A stretch of 64,000 bases of DNA, from positions 22,490 through 86,489 of the forward strand of contig JBKJKE010000237.1 in NCBI GenBank assembly GCA_046597605.1, in the 5' to 3' direction. Under the pieces are notes generated by a model. It did not search any database, was not told the DNA's origin, and saw only the letters and a program-made list of their open reading frames with translations. The stretch comes from Limisphaerales bacterium (GTDB lineage: Bacteria; Verrucomicrobiota; Verrucomicrobiia; Limisphaerales; JACDHS01). Shown piece by piece: positions 19,785 to 29,698 of the stretch. Positions within the stretch are counted from its first letter, which is position 1. Every line of letters starts with the position of its first letter. Position numbers and translations under genes: made by a program.

Positions 19785-21221
19785 ATGCTGCAAACACCCC
19801 AGCCTCATCACGCCTCAAGCCCTTCTGCCCGAGCCGGTTTGATCGGTCGCTTCTTCGCACCGGCAGAGTCAGCGCCGCAAATCGCAGGAAACGATCAAGA
19901 GATAAAAGCGCAGTTCAAGTATTGGCAGAAACGCGTGGTGATCTCTTCTCTGATTGGATACGCAATCTTCTACATCGTCCGGAAGAACCTGAGCATCGCG
20001 ATGCCGCTGATGGAGAAGGACCTTGGTATTACCAAAACACAGCTTGGAATTTTCCTGACTCTCCACGGGCTGATTTATGGGGTTTCAAAATTCGCGAATG
20101 GTTACCTCGGTGACCGATCGAATGCCCGAAGTTTCATGGTCTGTGGACTGATCCTTTCGGCGTTGTGCAACATCGCGTTCGGCTTTAGCTCTGCCGTGTT
20201 TGCCCTGGGAATATTCTGGATGGCGAATGGATGGTTCCAGGGAATGGGATTCCCCCCCTGCGCGCGCCTCATGACACATTGGATTCCGCCGCGGGAGTTG
20301 GCCACGAAGATGTCCGTGTGGAACACATCACACTCCATTGGGGCGGGCCTCGTAGTCGTGCTTTGCGGCTATCTGGTTGTGTTCGGGTGGCGGTGGGCGT
20401 TGTTCGGCCCGGCGATCATAGCCCTCCTTGGCTCCGTGTTCATTTGGATGACGTTGCCTGACACCCCTCGTTCTGTTGGACTGCCGGAACTTACCGAAAC
20501 GGAACTGGGCAAAAGCAATAACACCGGGAGCCCGGCTGAATTCAAGGCGTTTGTCCGCAAGCATGTGTTCGGGAACCCATATATTTGGATATTCGCATTC
20601 GCAAACTTCTTCGTTTACGCCATGCGCTACGCAATCCTCGATTGGGGTCCCACGGTGCTGCACCAGTTCAAAGGTTTCGATTTGAAAAAGGCGGCGTTGA
20701 TGACGGGTGCCTTCGAATTGTCCGGCATCGCGGGAATGCTCCTTATGGGATGGCTCACGGACAAGGTGTTCAAGAGTCGTGGAGCAAGGACCTGTTTCTT
20801 CTGTATGGGCATGGCGGCACTGTCTGTATTAGCCTTTTGGAAACTGCCTGAACTCGTCAAGATGCTTACGGCGGCAGGTATTCCAAATCTCAAAGCAGAC
20901 TCACTTGTTTTGAACACAATAACTTTTTGTTGCGCGGGTTTCTTTATCTACGGACCCCAGGCGCTCGTTGGGATCGCCGTTGCCAACCTTGCGACTAAAA
21001 AAGCGGCAGGCACCGCCATCGGTTTTACCGGACTGTTCGGCTACGCCAGCACGATCCTTTCCGGATGGGGGTTGGGTTCCCTGGTGGACAAACATGGCTG
21101 GGACGCCGCATTCCTTGGCATAATGACTGCTGGCCTGATCGGAACCATCCTCTTCGCCTGTGCCTGGCCCGCAAAAGCGCATGGTTATAATGTGGAGCCC
21201 GACAGGAAACCAGTGACTTAA
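19785..21221 (+). CDS. MFS organophosphate:phosphate antiporter (GlpT/UhpC-like)
   Basis: 478 aa, 12-TM MFS. The N-terminal FKYWQKRVVISSLIGYAIFYIVRKNLSIAMP is typical of the OPA family. It starts 4 nt after the VOC gene. Confidence 0.8.
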   Translation: MLQTPQPHHASSPSARAGLIGRFFAPAESAPQIAGNDQEIKAQFKYWQKRVVISSLIGYAIFYIVRKNLSIAMPLMEKDLGITKTQLGIFLTLHGLIYGVSKFANGYLGDRSNARSFMVCGLILSALCNIAFGFSSAVFALGIFWMANGWFQGMGFPPCARLMTHWIPPRELATKMSVWNTSHSIGAGLVVVLCGYLVVFGWRWALFGPAIIALLGSVFIWMTLPDTPRSVGLPELTETELGKSNNTGSPAEFKAFVRKHVFGNPYIWIFAFANFFVYAMRYAILDWGPTVLHQFKGFDLKKAALMTGAFELSGIAGMLLMGWLTDKVFKSRGARTCFFCMGMAALSVLAFWKLPELVKMLTAAGIPNLKADSLVLNTITFCCAGFFIYGPQALVGIAVANLATKKAAGTAIGFTGLFGYASTILSGWGLGSLVDKHGWDAAFLGIMTAGLIGTILFACAWPAKAHGYNVEPDRKPVT

Positions 21222-21522
21222 GCGATGCGGTCGATAGTCCGTGATCCTTGGAGTGCGCCACTTGCCGTAGCCAACTGAGTGGCACGATAGACTGAATCAA
21301 TAATTGGTGGATCCCAGTTTGTGCCGAAAATCAAACGGTTGCGGGGCATCCAAACACATCGTGCGGAGTCGCCATTTCTCGGGCCCGGAAGTGTATGGTT
21401 CCTGATAGGGAATGGTTTGCGCTTACAATGTGGACCAAAAATGGGATCGAGCGGTGAGACATTTAGCGGTATTGACCGGGCAAGGCAAATCCAGTCGAAC
21501 AGCCTTGCATCGTTGACTTTCT

Positions 21523-21924
21523 TTGGGGAGCTACATCAATATCCGGCAGGTGTTTCGTCTTGCGACAAGATGGTTGATCGTTGCGCTTTTAGCGTTCACG
21601 CTCGGCTTTCACTGGACCATCCTCCAATCCGCGGCGTGGATGGGCATGATGGTTCGTTATTCTCAGGAAACCTCTTTCACCCAGGCTGTCGAAAAAACGT
21701 TCAACGGTCAGCATCCCTGCAAGCTTTGTCATTTTGTGAAGGAAGGTAAGCAGGCGGAAAAAAAGACCGAAGGTGAACTTAGCCTGAAGAAGTTCGATCC
21801 TTTCTCTGAACACAATAGGGTTGTTTTTTACTTTGCATTGTCCCGGTTGATTCTTGAAGAGCGAGCCCTTTCCTTTGAGGTTCGCACTGAAACACCTCCC
21901 CTGCCCCCTCCCCGGTTGGCGTAA
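21523..21924 (+). CDS. hypothetical small membrane protein with HPCKLCHF motif
   Basis: 133 aa with one clear TM ([13 protein letters not shown]), then [11 protein letters not shown] and [18 protein letters not shown]. The start is uncertain (non-ATG). Confidence 0.35.
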   Translation: MGSYINIRQVFRLATRWLIVALLAFTLGFHWTILQSAAWMGMMVRYSQETSFTQAVEKTFNGQHPCKLCHFVKEGKQAEKKTEGELSLKKFDPFSEHNRVVFYFALSRLILEERALSFEVRTETPPLPPPRLA

Positions 21925-22033
21925 CAGGTTTCCCACCATTCTCTTCAGCTGTTCGTGGCTGAACTTAGTTCCGAGTTTTTTGCTCGGATCATTATCTCTG
22001 TTCCTGAAAAGCGCCGAAGTGTCGGTGCATCCG

Positions 22034-22672
22034 ATGAAACGTTTTACGCGCGGATTTACGCTGGTTGAACTCCTGGTTGTCATTGCCATTATCGCCATCC
22101 TGGCGGGAATGCTGTTGCCTGCCCTGGGGCGAGCCAGGGAAAAGGCGTGGTCTGCCAACTGTCTCAGCAATCTCCGTCAGATCGGGATCGCCAGCCGTTT
22201 GTATGCAGACGATAACGACGATTCGCTGCCTCGTTCGGCCCACCAGGGACAATCCTGGGTAGCCCGATTGCAACCGTATGCTGGCGGCACGAACCTATGG
22301 CGTTGTCCCCGGGACACCAACAAGACACGACGCTACAGCTTCGCGATCAACGACTTCCTTTTGCCGGAACAGAATGGAACCGGAGGCACGGACTTTTCGC
22401 GAACTACTCGAGTGCCTTCTCCTACCGACACGTTTTTCATGGCGGAGTGCAGCGATACCTACGCCAACAACGATCACTTTCACTTCGCAGATCCAGATGA
22501 TGGGGATTATTCGCCCGCTGGATTCACTGGAAGCATTGCCGTAAACCGGCATCAAAACGGAGCCAATTACCTGTTCGTCGCTGGCAACGTGCAATTCCTG
22601 AAATGGAACCTTCTCCAGACGGACTTAAACCGAAAGGGATCACGCTTTGTGAATCCCGTCGGAAAACCTTAA
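22034..22672 (+). CDS. DUF1559 / prepilin-type N-terminal cleavage-methylation domain protein
   Basis: [31 protein letters not shown], plus a C-terminal [17 protein letters not shown] that is a variant of the H-X9-DG box. I moved the start to the ATG at 22034. Confidence 0.85.
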   Translation: MKRFTRGFTLVELLVVIAIIAILAGMLLPALGRAREKAWSANCLSNLRQIGIASRLYADDNDDSLPRSAHQGQSWVARLQPYAGGTNLWRCPRDTNKTRRYSFAINDFLLPEQNGTGGTDFSRTTRVPSPTDTFFMAECSDTYANNDHFHFADPDDGDYSPAGFTGSIAVNRHQNGANYLFVAGNVQFLKWNLLQTDLNRKGSRFVNPVGKP

Positions 22673-22696
22673 TTGCAGCTTGTTGACACCTGGAAA

Positions 22697-23515
22697 ATGA
22701 AAATTATTAATTGGATTGTTGCGTTGGTCGGTTCCATCGCACTTGTTTCGCACAGTTTTGGGCAGGATCATGGTCATTTGGAAATCGGGGCCGCCAGTAC
22801 GAACCAGAATGCACCATTGATCTTCGCTAATGGTTCCATCTTTGCCACAGAATCGAGTTACATAAAAACTCTCAACTACACCAACAGCGGCCGATACGCC
22901 GGCTTCTATGAAGGCAACATCACGTTGACTGTTCGCGCGGCGACGCAGGATTACGCGGGCCCGGAAGCGGATCACCCGGCATTGGGGGCGCATGTTTACG
23001 CACAGATCGTTTCGGTGGAAGGTCCCACTGGGGGAGTCCTTGGTTGGTGGGAAGCGTTGGCGAACAGCCCGACTATCTCGGTCCTTACAGGAACAACATC
23101 GAGCAACACCTTTCGCGTGAGCAGTACCGATGGCTCTCCGCTCGCGGATCCCTTCGGGCATATCCATGGCCGACGTTTTACCGCCACACTGCCGGGGATA
23201 TACAAGGTGACGTTCAAAGCTTTCGACGTTTCCACAAATGGAGTGGGGGGTGATCCGATTCATACACCATCAGCACCAGTGACGATTTACTTCCAAGCCG
23301 GCATCAACATCGCCTCAATTGAACGAAACGGCACCACGAGCGAGGTGCGTTTTGGTTCGGTTGCCAATCGCACCTTTGCATTGGAATACAAAGATTTTCT
23401 CAGCGGCACCAACTGGACACAGACTGGCAACGAGGTGGTGGGCAATGACCTGCTTCAATCATTAACTGACACCAATGCGAATCCGACTCGCTTTTACCGC
23501 ATCAAGAGGTTTTAG
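22697..23515 (+). CDS. secreted hypothetical protein
   Basis: 272 aa from MKIINWIVALVGSIALVSHSFG (signal peptide). Follows the DUF1559 gene directly. No family recognised. Confidence 0.5.
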   Translation: MKIINWIVALVGSIALVSHSFGQDHGHLEIGAASTNQNAPLIFANGSIFATESSYIKTLNYTNSGRYAGFYEGNITLTVRAATQDYAGPEADHPALGAHVYAQIVSVEGPTGGVLGWWEALANSPTISVLTGTTSSNTFRVSSTDGSPLADPFGHIHGRRFTATLPGIYKVTFKAFDVSTNGVGGDPIHTPSAPVTIYFQAGINIASIERNGTTSEVRFGSVANRTFALEYKDFLSGTNWTQTGNEVVGNDLLQSLTDTNANPTRFYRIKRF

Positions 23516-23527
23516 CTTCCCGACCTG

Positions 23528-23560
23528 ACAGGAAGGAACTGCGGTTCCTTCCTGTTTCCT
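23528..23560 (+). terminator. hairpin terminator candidate
   Basis: 12-bp perfect stem ACAGGAAGGAAC / GTTCCTTCCTGT with loop TGCG, followed by TTCCT. It lies 13 nt after the stop at 23515. Confidence 0.55.
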
Positions 23561-23590
23561 CCCAAAACCAGCTTGCTTTCACAAGGTAAG

Positions 23591-24157
23591 ATGAGCATCT
23601 ATTTGGACTTTAGGAGAAAACAACATTCTGACAAAACCGCTAATTTCATTTGGCCCATGCTGACCTCACACGAACTCTTCGGTTTTATGCCTCCTGCTCT
23701 CGCGATGCAGATCCTGGATTACACCTACGAAAACGATCGCGATCTGTATAAATTGACGGTGAACGCGGTGGCTGACGCCCGGAAGCTCCGTCCGGTTTTT
23801 TACGAACGCAAGCCCCGTCCCGAACGGAATCAGGAAATGATCGCGATGTTGGGCAAACCTCGTCTGGACCTGGCCGCCGGAACTCTAATCCGAGGCTGGC
23901 TCCTGAAAAAGCATCGGAACATGCTGATCGATTTCCTCACCATTCTTGGAATCGAGCATAAGGAAGGTGTTGTGGATGATCTGCCAACGAACGTAACCGA
24001 CATGAAGCTCACCGCCGCGATCGACACATTGCTTTCCAAGTACCCGCGGGAGGAAGTCGCTGTTTATCTGAACGCGTTCTACGCCATGAACGACATTTCC
24101 TGGTTGAATCTAAAGCAAATGCTTCAAAACGATTCGCGTTTGCAATTCAACGGTTAG
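23591..24157 (+). CDS. hypothetical protein
   Basis: About 188 aa from MSIYLDF. The track start at 23573 is non-ATG. No family recognised. Confidence 0.45.
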   Translation: MSIYLDFRRKQHSDKTANFIWPMLTSHELFGFMPPALAMQILDYTYENDRDLYKLTVNAVADARKLRPVFYERKPRPERNQEMIAMLGKPRLDLAAGTLIRGWLLKKHRNMLIDFLTILGIEHKEGVVDDLPTNVTDMKLTAAIDTLLSKYPREEVAVYLNAFYAMNDISWLNLKQMLQNDSRLQFNG

Positions 24158-24354
24158 TTCCTCCGTTTAAGACCGCCGGTTGTAAATACATCCGATGAGG
24201 GAAACGGATCCATCCACGGATCCTTTCCCTGACAGTGCCGTCCAACGGCGTCCTCGCTCCCTCTCTCTAACGTTCCTTCGTTTCAAACCTGGTGCCTCCT
24301 CTGGAGATTCAAAAATGGCCTTTTTCCTCGTTTTTTCCCGTGCAAGCACCTGTA

Positions 24355-24546
24355 ACGCAGGTTTCATGTGCTCGCGGGATCCGCAACGACCGGAAACGTA
24401 GGTTTCATGTGCTCGCGGGATCCGCAGCGACCTGAAACGCAGGTTTCACGTGCTCGCGGGATCCGCAACGACCGGAAACGCAGGTTTCATGTGCTCGCGG
24501 GATCCGCGACGACCGGAAACGCAGGTTTCACGTGCTCGCGGGACCT
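24355..24546. repeat. tandem array B: about 4.6 copies of a 41-bp unit (ACGCAGGTTTCATGTGCTCGCGGGATCCGCAACGACCGGAA)
   Basis: Unit starts at 24355, 24396, 24437, 24478 and 24519 (decaying). Each unit carries GCGG-GAT-CCGC (with GGATCC inside). The array lies between convergent gene ends (24157 and 24623). Confidence 0.95.
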
Positions 24547-24622
24547 CCAACTACCTGGGATCCAGGTTCAGGTCCCAGCCGTGGTGAAATCTGTATCTGA
24601 CGCCTCTGGAAATCCGGAATTC

Positions 24623-25540
24623 TCACCTCGATTTTAAAAACCGCTTCAATTCCGGCAGCGTCGGGACTCCTGCTTGCGCTCCCAGTCGTGTTGCTTGAAG
24701 TGCGGCCGCGACCGTGGCGGTTTGAATACGTTCAAGGGAAGGCAACCCTTGCGAAAGGGCCCAGGCGTAAGCTCCGTGAAAGACATCGCCGCAGCCCGTG
24801 GTGTCCAGCACTTCGACCTTGTAGATGGGTTGATGCCGGATCTTCCCAGGTTCGGCCGCGTCAATAAACCAGCATCCCTCTGTTCCGAAAGTTACCGCAA
24901 GAAATGTGTGCTGCCGACTCCAAAGCTTGCGAAGCACCTTCTCCGGTTCCGTTTCACCACTTAATTGCAGCGCCAGTTTGCGTGGAAGAATCAGGTGGTC
25001 GATGAGCCCGAGCAGTTCTTCAAATTCCGGGCCCGAGTTCCGTTCCAAATCCGCAACCACTGGAATCCCAACTTTCCGCGCAATCTTCGCGACCCGAATC
25101 ATTGCCTTAAGATCGGAATGATCCACGTAAAGGACACGTGTGGCGGCGATCAATTCCCGAGGAGGCCAGTTGACTGGCATTCGGTAAGGAATTGCCCGGT
25201 GGGAAAAGACATTCCGGGTGTGTTGGGAGGAATCCACCACGATGAAGGAATGAACCGGGGGATTATTTTCACGACGATGCAGATGACGGAGATTTATTTT
25301 CTCTTTTTCCAATTCTCGAATCGCATAGAGGGAAAGATCATCGCGACCGAGGACCCCGGCGTAGGCGACCTTCCCTCCAAGACGAGCAGCGGCCAGCAAG
25401 GCAATCGCCGTCAAACCGCCCAACTGACGTTCACATTGCTGCACCCGAACTTTTGCATCCGCCACCGGATAGTTTTCCACGACGATGGAGTCGTCCACCG
25501 AAACCGTCCCGATACCAAGAACATCAAACAGCTTTCTCAT
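24623..25540 (-). CDS. PfkB-family carbohydrate kinase
   Basis: 305 aa with a ribokinase-like fold and the C-terminal DTTGCGDVFHGAY anion-hole motif. Confidence 0.8.
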   Translation of the reverse strand: MRKLFDVLGIGTVSVDDSIVVENYPVADAKVRVQQCERQLGGLTAIALLAAARLGGKVAYAGVLGRDDLSLYAIRELEKEKINLRHLHRRENNPPVHSFIVVDSSQHTRNVFSHRAIPYRMPVNWPPRELIAATRVLYVDHSDLKAMIRVAKIARKVGIPVVADLERNSGPEFEELLGLIDHLILPRKLALQLSGETEPEKVLRKLWSRQHTFLAVTFGTEGCWFIDAAEPGKIRHQPIYKVEVLDTTGCGDVFHGAYAWALSQGLPSLERIQTATVAAALQATRLGAQAGVPTLPELKRFLKSR

Positions 25541-26298
25541 TCGCCGTCTTCTTCTTTTTCTTCGTCTTCATCCGGTCCGCTAATCAGGACGACAAACTCT
25601 CCTTTGAGAGAACGCTTTTTAAGAACCTCCAACAGTTGTGCTGGTTTCCCTCTAAGGAACTCTTCGAACTTCTTGGTCAACTCACGTGCGAGCACCACAT
25701 TGCGAGTTGGAAAAATATCATTTAGTTCAGTGAGGAGTTTCTCGATTCGATACGGTGACTCGTAAAGGATGAGCGTGCCCGGGACTGCTTTCAGCTTCTC
25801 CAGTCGATTTCGACGTTGTCCGGATTTGTGGGGCAGAAATCCGATGAAATGAAATTCGTCCGCAGGCAATCCACTGGCGGTCAATGCCACAACAAGGGCA
25901 CAAGCGCCCGGAACCGCTTCCACGCGAAAACCGGCATTAACCGCAGCCCTGACCACCCGCTCACCTGGGTCACTAATCCCAGGGCTGCCGGCGTCTGTGA
26001 CAAGAGCGACCTTTTCGCCACGACGCAATCGTTCGATGATTTCCTCACTCCGCTTGGCTTCATTGAACTGGAAATAGCTCAGTATCGGTTTCGAGATGCC
26101 AAAGTGTTTTAGCAACTGCCCGGAATGCCGGGTGTCCTCCGCGGCGATAATGTCGCATTCTCTTAACACTCGCACTGCCCGCAAGGTCATGTCTTCGAGA
26201 TTACCGATTGGAGTAGCGACGAGATAAAGCGTACTCGCCGTTAGCGGCGGCAAATGCGCACTGGCGCTGTTTGAGATGTTGATCGGCGCGTCGTCCAC
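25537..26298 (-). CDS. rsmI: 16S rRNA (cytidine1402-2'-O)-methyltransferase
   Basis: LYLVATPIGNLEDMTLRAVRVLRECDIIAAEDTRHSGQLLKHFGI is the typical RsmI N-terminus. There is an acidic C-terminal tail. Confidence 0.9.
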   Translation of the reverse strand: MDDAPINISNSASAHLPPLTASTLYLVATPIGNLEDMTLRAVRVLRECDIIAAEDTRHSGQLLKHFGISKPILSYFQFNEAKRSEEIIERLRRGEKVALVTDAGSPGISDPGERVVRAAVNAGFRVEAVPGACALVVALTASGLPADEFHFIGFLPHKSGQRRNRLEKLKAVPGTLILYESPYRIEKLLTELNDIFPTRNVVLARELTKKFEEFLRGKPAQLLEVLKKRSLKGEFVVLISGPDEDEEKEEDGE

Positions 26299-26845
26299 AT
26301 TAACGAGACTGCCCTATTTTCTTTGTGTCGCAAGTGCGTACCGCACTGGGGCGCTCGCAAGCGAGTGACTCAGTCAATTAAAAGGCTTGCACCGGTGATT
26401 TAGTTTTAGTTCATTGAGCTCGTTAAGCCCTTTAAACGCAAGTATGCGCGACAAATCTGTCAAAACATTCCTTTCGCTTTGCCTGCTTAACCTGTTCTTC
26501 TTTCTGCAACTGGTTGCTGTCTCGGACCGGATCAGTCAGAACATCTCTCACGGAAAAGATTCCGAACTCCGTTGCGCCGTAGCTCACCAGGCCTGGCATG
26601 TTGATGCGGAAATTGTTTCGACTGACATCCTCATTGCAGATCCCGGCTATTTTTTCGTGCCGGAAACTTCTGAGGTTCTCCTGTCCATCTCGACGGACTA
26701 CATCTTCAGCCCGGGTCGCGGTCCTCCAGCGTTTCACGTTTAATTGTTTGGTTCTCCGCAAGTCGAACTTGCCGGGGAAAGGTCTCTCAACCAACACTGT
26801 CCTGTCCCCGAAGAACCGTTCTTCAGCAGACAGTGAGTCAGAAGT

Positions 26846-27130
26846 GTGAAACAAATTCTCGCAGTCCTATTACTGAGCTTTGGAGTTTATAGCTTTGCGT
26901 TCGGGTTATACCTCGCCGTGACGTCCCTGGAGATCGAACGAATGGAGAAGGTGAAAAAGATCGTTTATCCGGAAGGCCAATCGGAGGGTACTGCCCTGAA
27001 AGCAGATCCCGTTGAGAAGTATCCGCTTGGTCTATTTCTCCTCAGTGCCAGTGGGACCACCTTTGGTCTCTGGAGTGGCGTTCATCTCCTGTTCCGAAGT
27101 AAGGCTGCGAAGAAAAAGAAAAAAACGTGA
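26846..27130 (+). CDS. hypothetical small two-TM membrane protein
   Basis: 94 aa, GTG start, two hydrophobic helices and a lysine-rich tail. Weak call. Confidence 0.3.
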   Translation: MKQILAVLLLSFGVYSFAFGLYLAVTSLEIERMEKVKKIVYPEGQSEGTALKADPVEKYPLGLFLLSASGTTFGLWSGVHLLFRSKAAKKKKKT

Positions 27131-27263
27131 ACCGCCGCGAATTCTGACCCAGGGTCGAAATCGAGGATCCCTCGTTCACTTTCACACATTCAAGAGACCT
27201 GAATTGTTGCCGCTGATCTGCGGTGTTGTCCCCTCAACCTAGCCAATTCTTTTAACCCAAAAT

Positions 27264-29357
27264 TTGTCTCTTATGAAACGTAAACTTTTCCGCAAGTCCC
27301 GTGGAGCACGCCATCTTGGCATGCTCATGTCCGCTCTCTCTGTCTCTACGATCCCCAGTTTCGCACAAACCAATGCACCGTCTGTTCCGGAGCGTCTGGA
27401 CGAAGTCGTCATCGAAGGTCGCGATGAAAGCCTGATTGGGATCGCCGAATCCGCTTCGCAAGGCACCGTCGGTGCGGAACAACTGGAAATCCGTCCCCTC
27501 TCCCGCCCGGGTGAAGTCCTCGAAACAGTCCCCGGACTCATCCTCACGCAGCACAGCGGCGCCGGCAAAGCCAACCAGTTTTTCATGCGGGGATTCAACC
27601 TGGATCATGGCACCGACTTCGCCACGCACGTCGACGGAATGCCGATCAACAACCCCAGCCATGGACATGGTCAGGGCTACACTGATCTGAATATGCTCAT
27701 TCCGGAACTGGTTTACCGGCTGAACTATAAGAAGGGCCCTTATTATGCCGAAGAAGGCGATTTCTCGACTGCGGGTGCAGCCGACATCGAACTCTTCAAA
27801 ACACTTCCGCTAAGTCTCGCTCGTATTGAAGGCGGTAGTTTTGGTTATGCCCGCGGGTTGTTTGCCTCTTCGCCCAAAGTCGGTGCTGGCAACTTGCTTT
27901 ACGGCATTGAACTCTCCCACAACAACGGACCCTGGAGGAACCCTGACAATTATAAAAAATTGAACGGTATCCTGCGTTATAGCGAGGGCGACGACACCCT
28001 CGGTTTTAGTATCACTGGCATGACCTACATCGGTGATTGGGATGCCAGCGACCAGGTTCCAAAACGGGCCGTCGATTCTGGCCTCTCGCGTTACGATGCG
28101 ATCGATTCCACCAGCGGTGGGGATTCCCAGCGCCATAGCCTTTCCGCGGAATGGCATCGAACGGATGCGAATTCAGCCACTAAAATTTCTGCCTACGGCT
28201 TCTACTATGACCTCGATCTGTTCTCCAACTTCACCTACTTCCTGAATGATCCGGTGAATGGCGATCAGTTCCATCAACATGACGACCGCATTACCTCGGG
28301 CATCAAAGCGAGCCATACAATGTATCACACCGTCTGGGAACGTGAGACGGAGAACACCATCGGCCTCCAGATCCGTAGCGATGCCATCGACAACGGCCTG
28401 CACAACACTGCAGCCCGCCAGAGGCTTAGCACTGTTCGTCAGGATGAAATCTGGGAGATGAGCATCTCGCCCTACGTACAGAACAAAACGCAATGGGCAG
28501 AAAAGTTCCGCACTGTTGCCGGCGTGCGCGCTGATATCTATCACTTCGATGTCGAAAGCGATCTCGGCGCAAATTCTGGCAATGACGACGACGCCATTGT
28601 TAGTCCGAAATTAAGCCTGGTGTTTGGTCCCTGGGCGAAGACCGAAGTTTATCTCAACGGAGGACTTGGGTTTCACAGCAACGATGCTCGCGGAACTACT
28701 TCCCGCATCGATCCCGCCACTGGATTGCCGATTGATCCCGTTGATCCACTCGTTCGCACTTATGGAGCAGAAGTCGGAGTTCGCACCACCTGGGTTCCGG
28801 GCCTCCACAGCTCAGCGACACTCTGGTGGCTCGATATTGATTCCGAACTCCTGTTCATCGGAGATGCTGGCAACACTGAAGCAAGCCGCCCGAGTCGTCG
28901 CTATGGATTGGAATTCGCCAATTACTACACCCCGCTCGATTGGCTTACCATTGACCTCGACTATTCTTTGTCGCAATCGGAGTTTCGCGACAGCGATCCA
29001 GTCGGCGACAAAATTCCAGGATCCATCGAAAATGTCGTAGCTGCGGGCATCGCCGTGCATGACCTGAACGGATTCTTCGGCAGCATCCGCTTGCGCTACT
29101 TTGGGCCGCGCCCCCTGATCGAAGACGATTCCATCCGATCTGGCGAAACGTTACTCTTAAGCGCACAGGTTGGTTACGAGTTTAACAAGACATGGACCCT
29201 CAGCGCTGAAGTTTTCAACCTGCTTAATCGCAAGGACAGCGAAATTGATTATTCCTACGAATCGCAGTTGCCTGGCGAAGCTGGCCCTGTGACAGACATT
29301 CACTTCCATCCTGTGGAGCCGATCTCATTCCGCATCGCCCTGAGTGCGCGGTTTTGA
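27264..29357 (+). CDS. TonB-dependent outer-membrane receptor
   Basis: 697 aa. Signal peptide, a plug region (DEVVIEGR...GAEQLEIRPLSRPGEVLETVPG) and a beta-barrel ending in ...RIALSARF. Confidence 0.85.
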   Translation: MSLMKRKLFRKSRGARHLGMLMSALSVSTIPSFAQTNAPSVPERLDEVVIEGRDESLIGIAESASQGTVGAEQLEIRPLSRPGEVLETVPGLILTQHSGAGKANQFFMRGFNLDHGTDFATHVDGMPINNPSHGHGQGYTDLNMLIPELVYRLNYKKGPYYAEEGDFSTAGAADIELFKTLPLSLARIEGGSFGYARGLFASSPKVGAGNLLYGIELSHNNGPWRNPDNYKKLNGILRYSEGDDTLGFSITGMTYIGDWDASDQVPKRAVDSGLSRYDAIDSTSGGDSQRHSLSAEWHRTDANSATKISAYGFYYDLDLFSNFTYFLNDPVNGDQFHQHDDRITSGIKASHTMYHTVWERETENTIGLQIRSDAIDNGLHNTAARQRLSTVRQDEIWEMSISPYVQNKTQWAEKFRTVAGVRADIYHFDVESDLGANSGNDDDAIVSPKLSLVFGPWAKTEVYLNGGLGFHSNDARGTTSRIDPATGLPIDPVDPLVRTYGAEVGVRTTWVPGLHSSATLWWLDIDSELLFIGDAGNTEASRPSRRYGLEFANYYTPLDWLTIDLDYSLSQSEFRDSDPVGDKIPGSIENVVAAGIAVHDLNGFFGSIRLRYFGPRPLIEDDSIRSGETLLLSAQVGYEFNKTWTLSAEVFNLLNRKDSEIDYSYESQLPGEAGPVTDIHFHPVEPISFRIALSARF

Positions 29358-29698
29358 TTTTGGTTTTTGACCATCGCCGCTAACCCCGAGGCCTATGTCA
29401 TCGCGCCAGATGTAGAGTTCTTTGCCGTTCCAGTTTGTGAACTGGTGTTGGCAGATTCGCCAGGGTCAACCGGGGCGGATACTTCATGCATGAATCCAGG
29501 CTATGACACGAAGGACAGTCATCTGGAAAAATACGTTACTCACCCTTCTCTCCCTGTCTGACATAAGTCTCCCCAGCGAAAGCCAAAAATAAAACAGCCT
29601 GACGATTTACATTTGAAACTGGGTCAAAACTGCGCTACAAAGGTTCTCACCCCACGGACACGATTAGTCGTAAACAGCCCTGATATCCAATACATCCG

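Noticed and set aside
21321-21749. A 142-aa ORF upstream of and overlapping the small CxxC membrane protein ORF.
   Set aside because: It has a non-ATG start, shows no features, and overlaps the somewhat better supported 21523..21924 frame.
24368-24637. ORFs reading through the tandem arrays (24195..24401, 24368..24637, 37969..38241, 62701..62991, 62709..63032, 62956..63201) as genes for repetitive proteins.
   Set aside because: The period of 41 is not divisible by 3, so these ORFs cycle through all three phases of the unit. They have no start context or recognisable family, and array A has stops in every frame. They are best explained as by-products of stop-free repeats.
26414-26854. Overlapping ORFs 26414..26743 (+) and 26432..26854 (-) as genes in the rsmI-to-TonB-receptor gap.
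   Set aside because: The two are mutually exclusive, neither has a recognisable family or a convincing start, and I cannot choose between them from sequence alone. I left them unannotated.
27131-27263. A riboswitch (for example cobalamin) upstream of the TonB-dependent receptor.
   Set aside because: I could not find a B12-box-like core or any other recognisable conserved riboswitch motif by eye. The leader is only about 130 nt.
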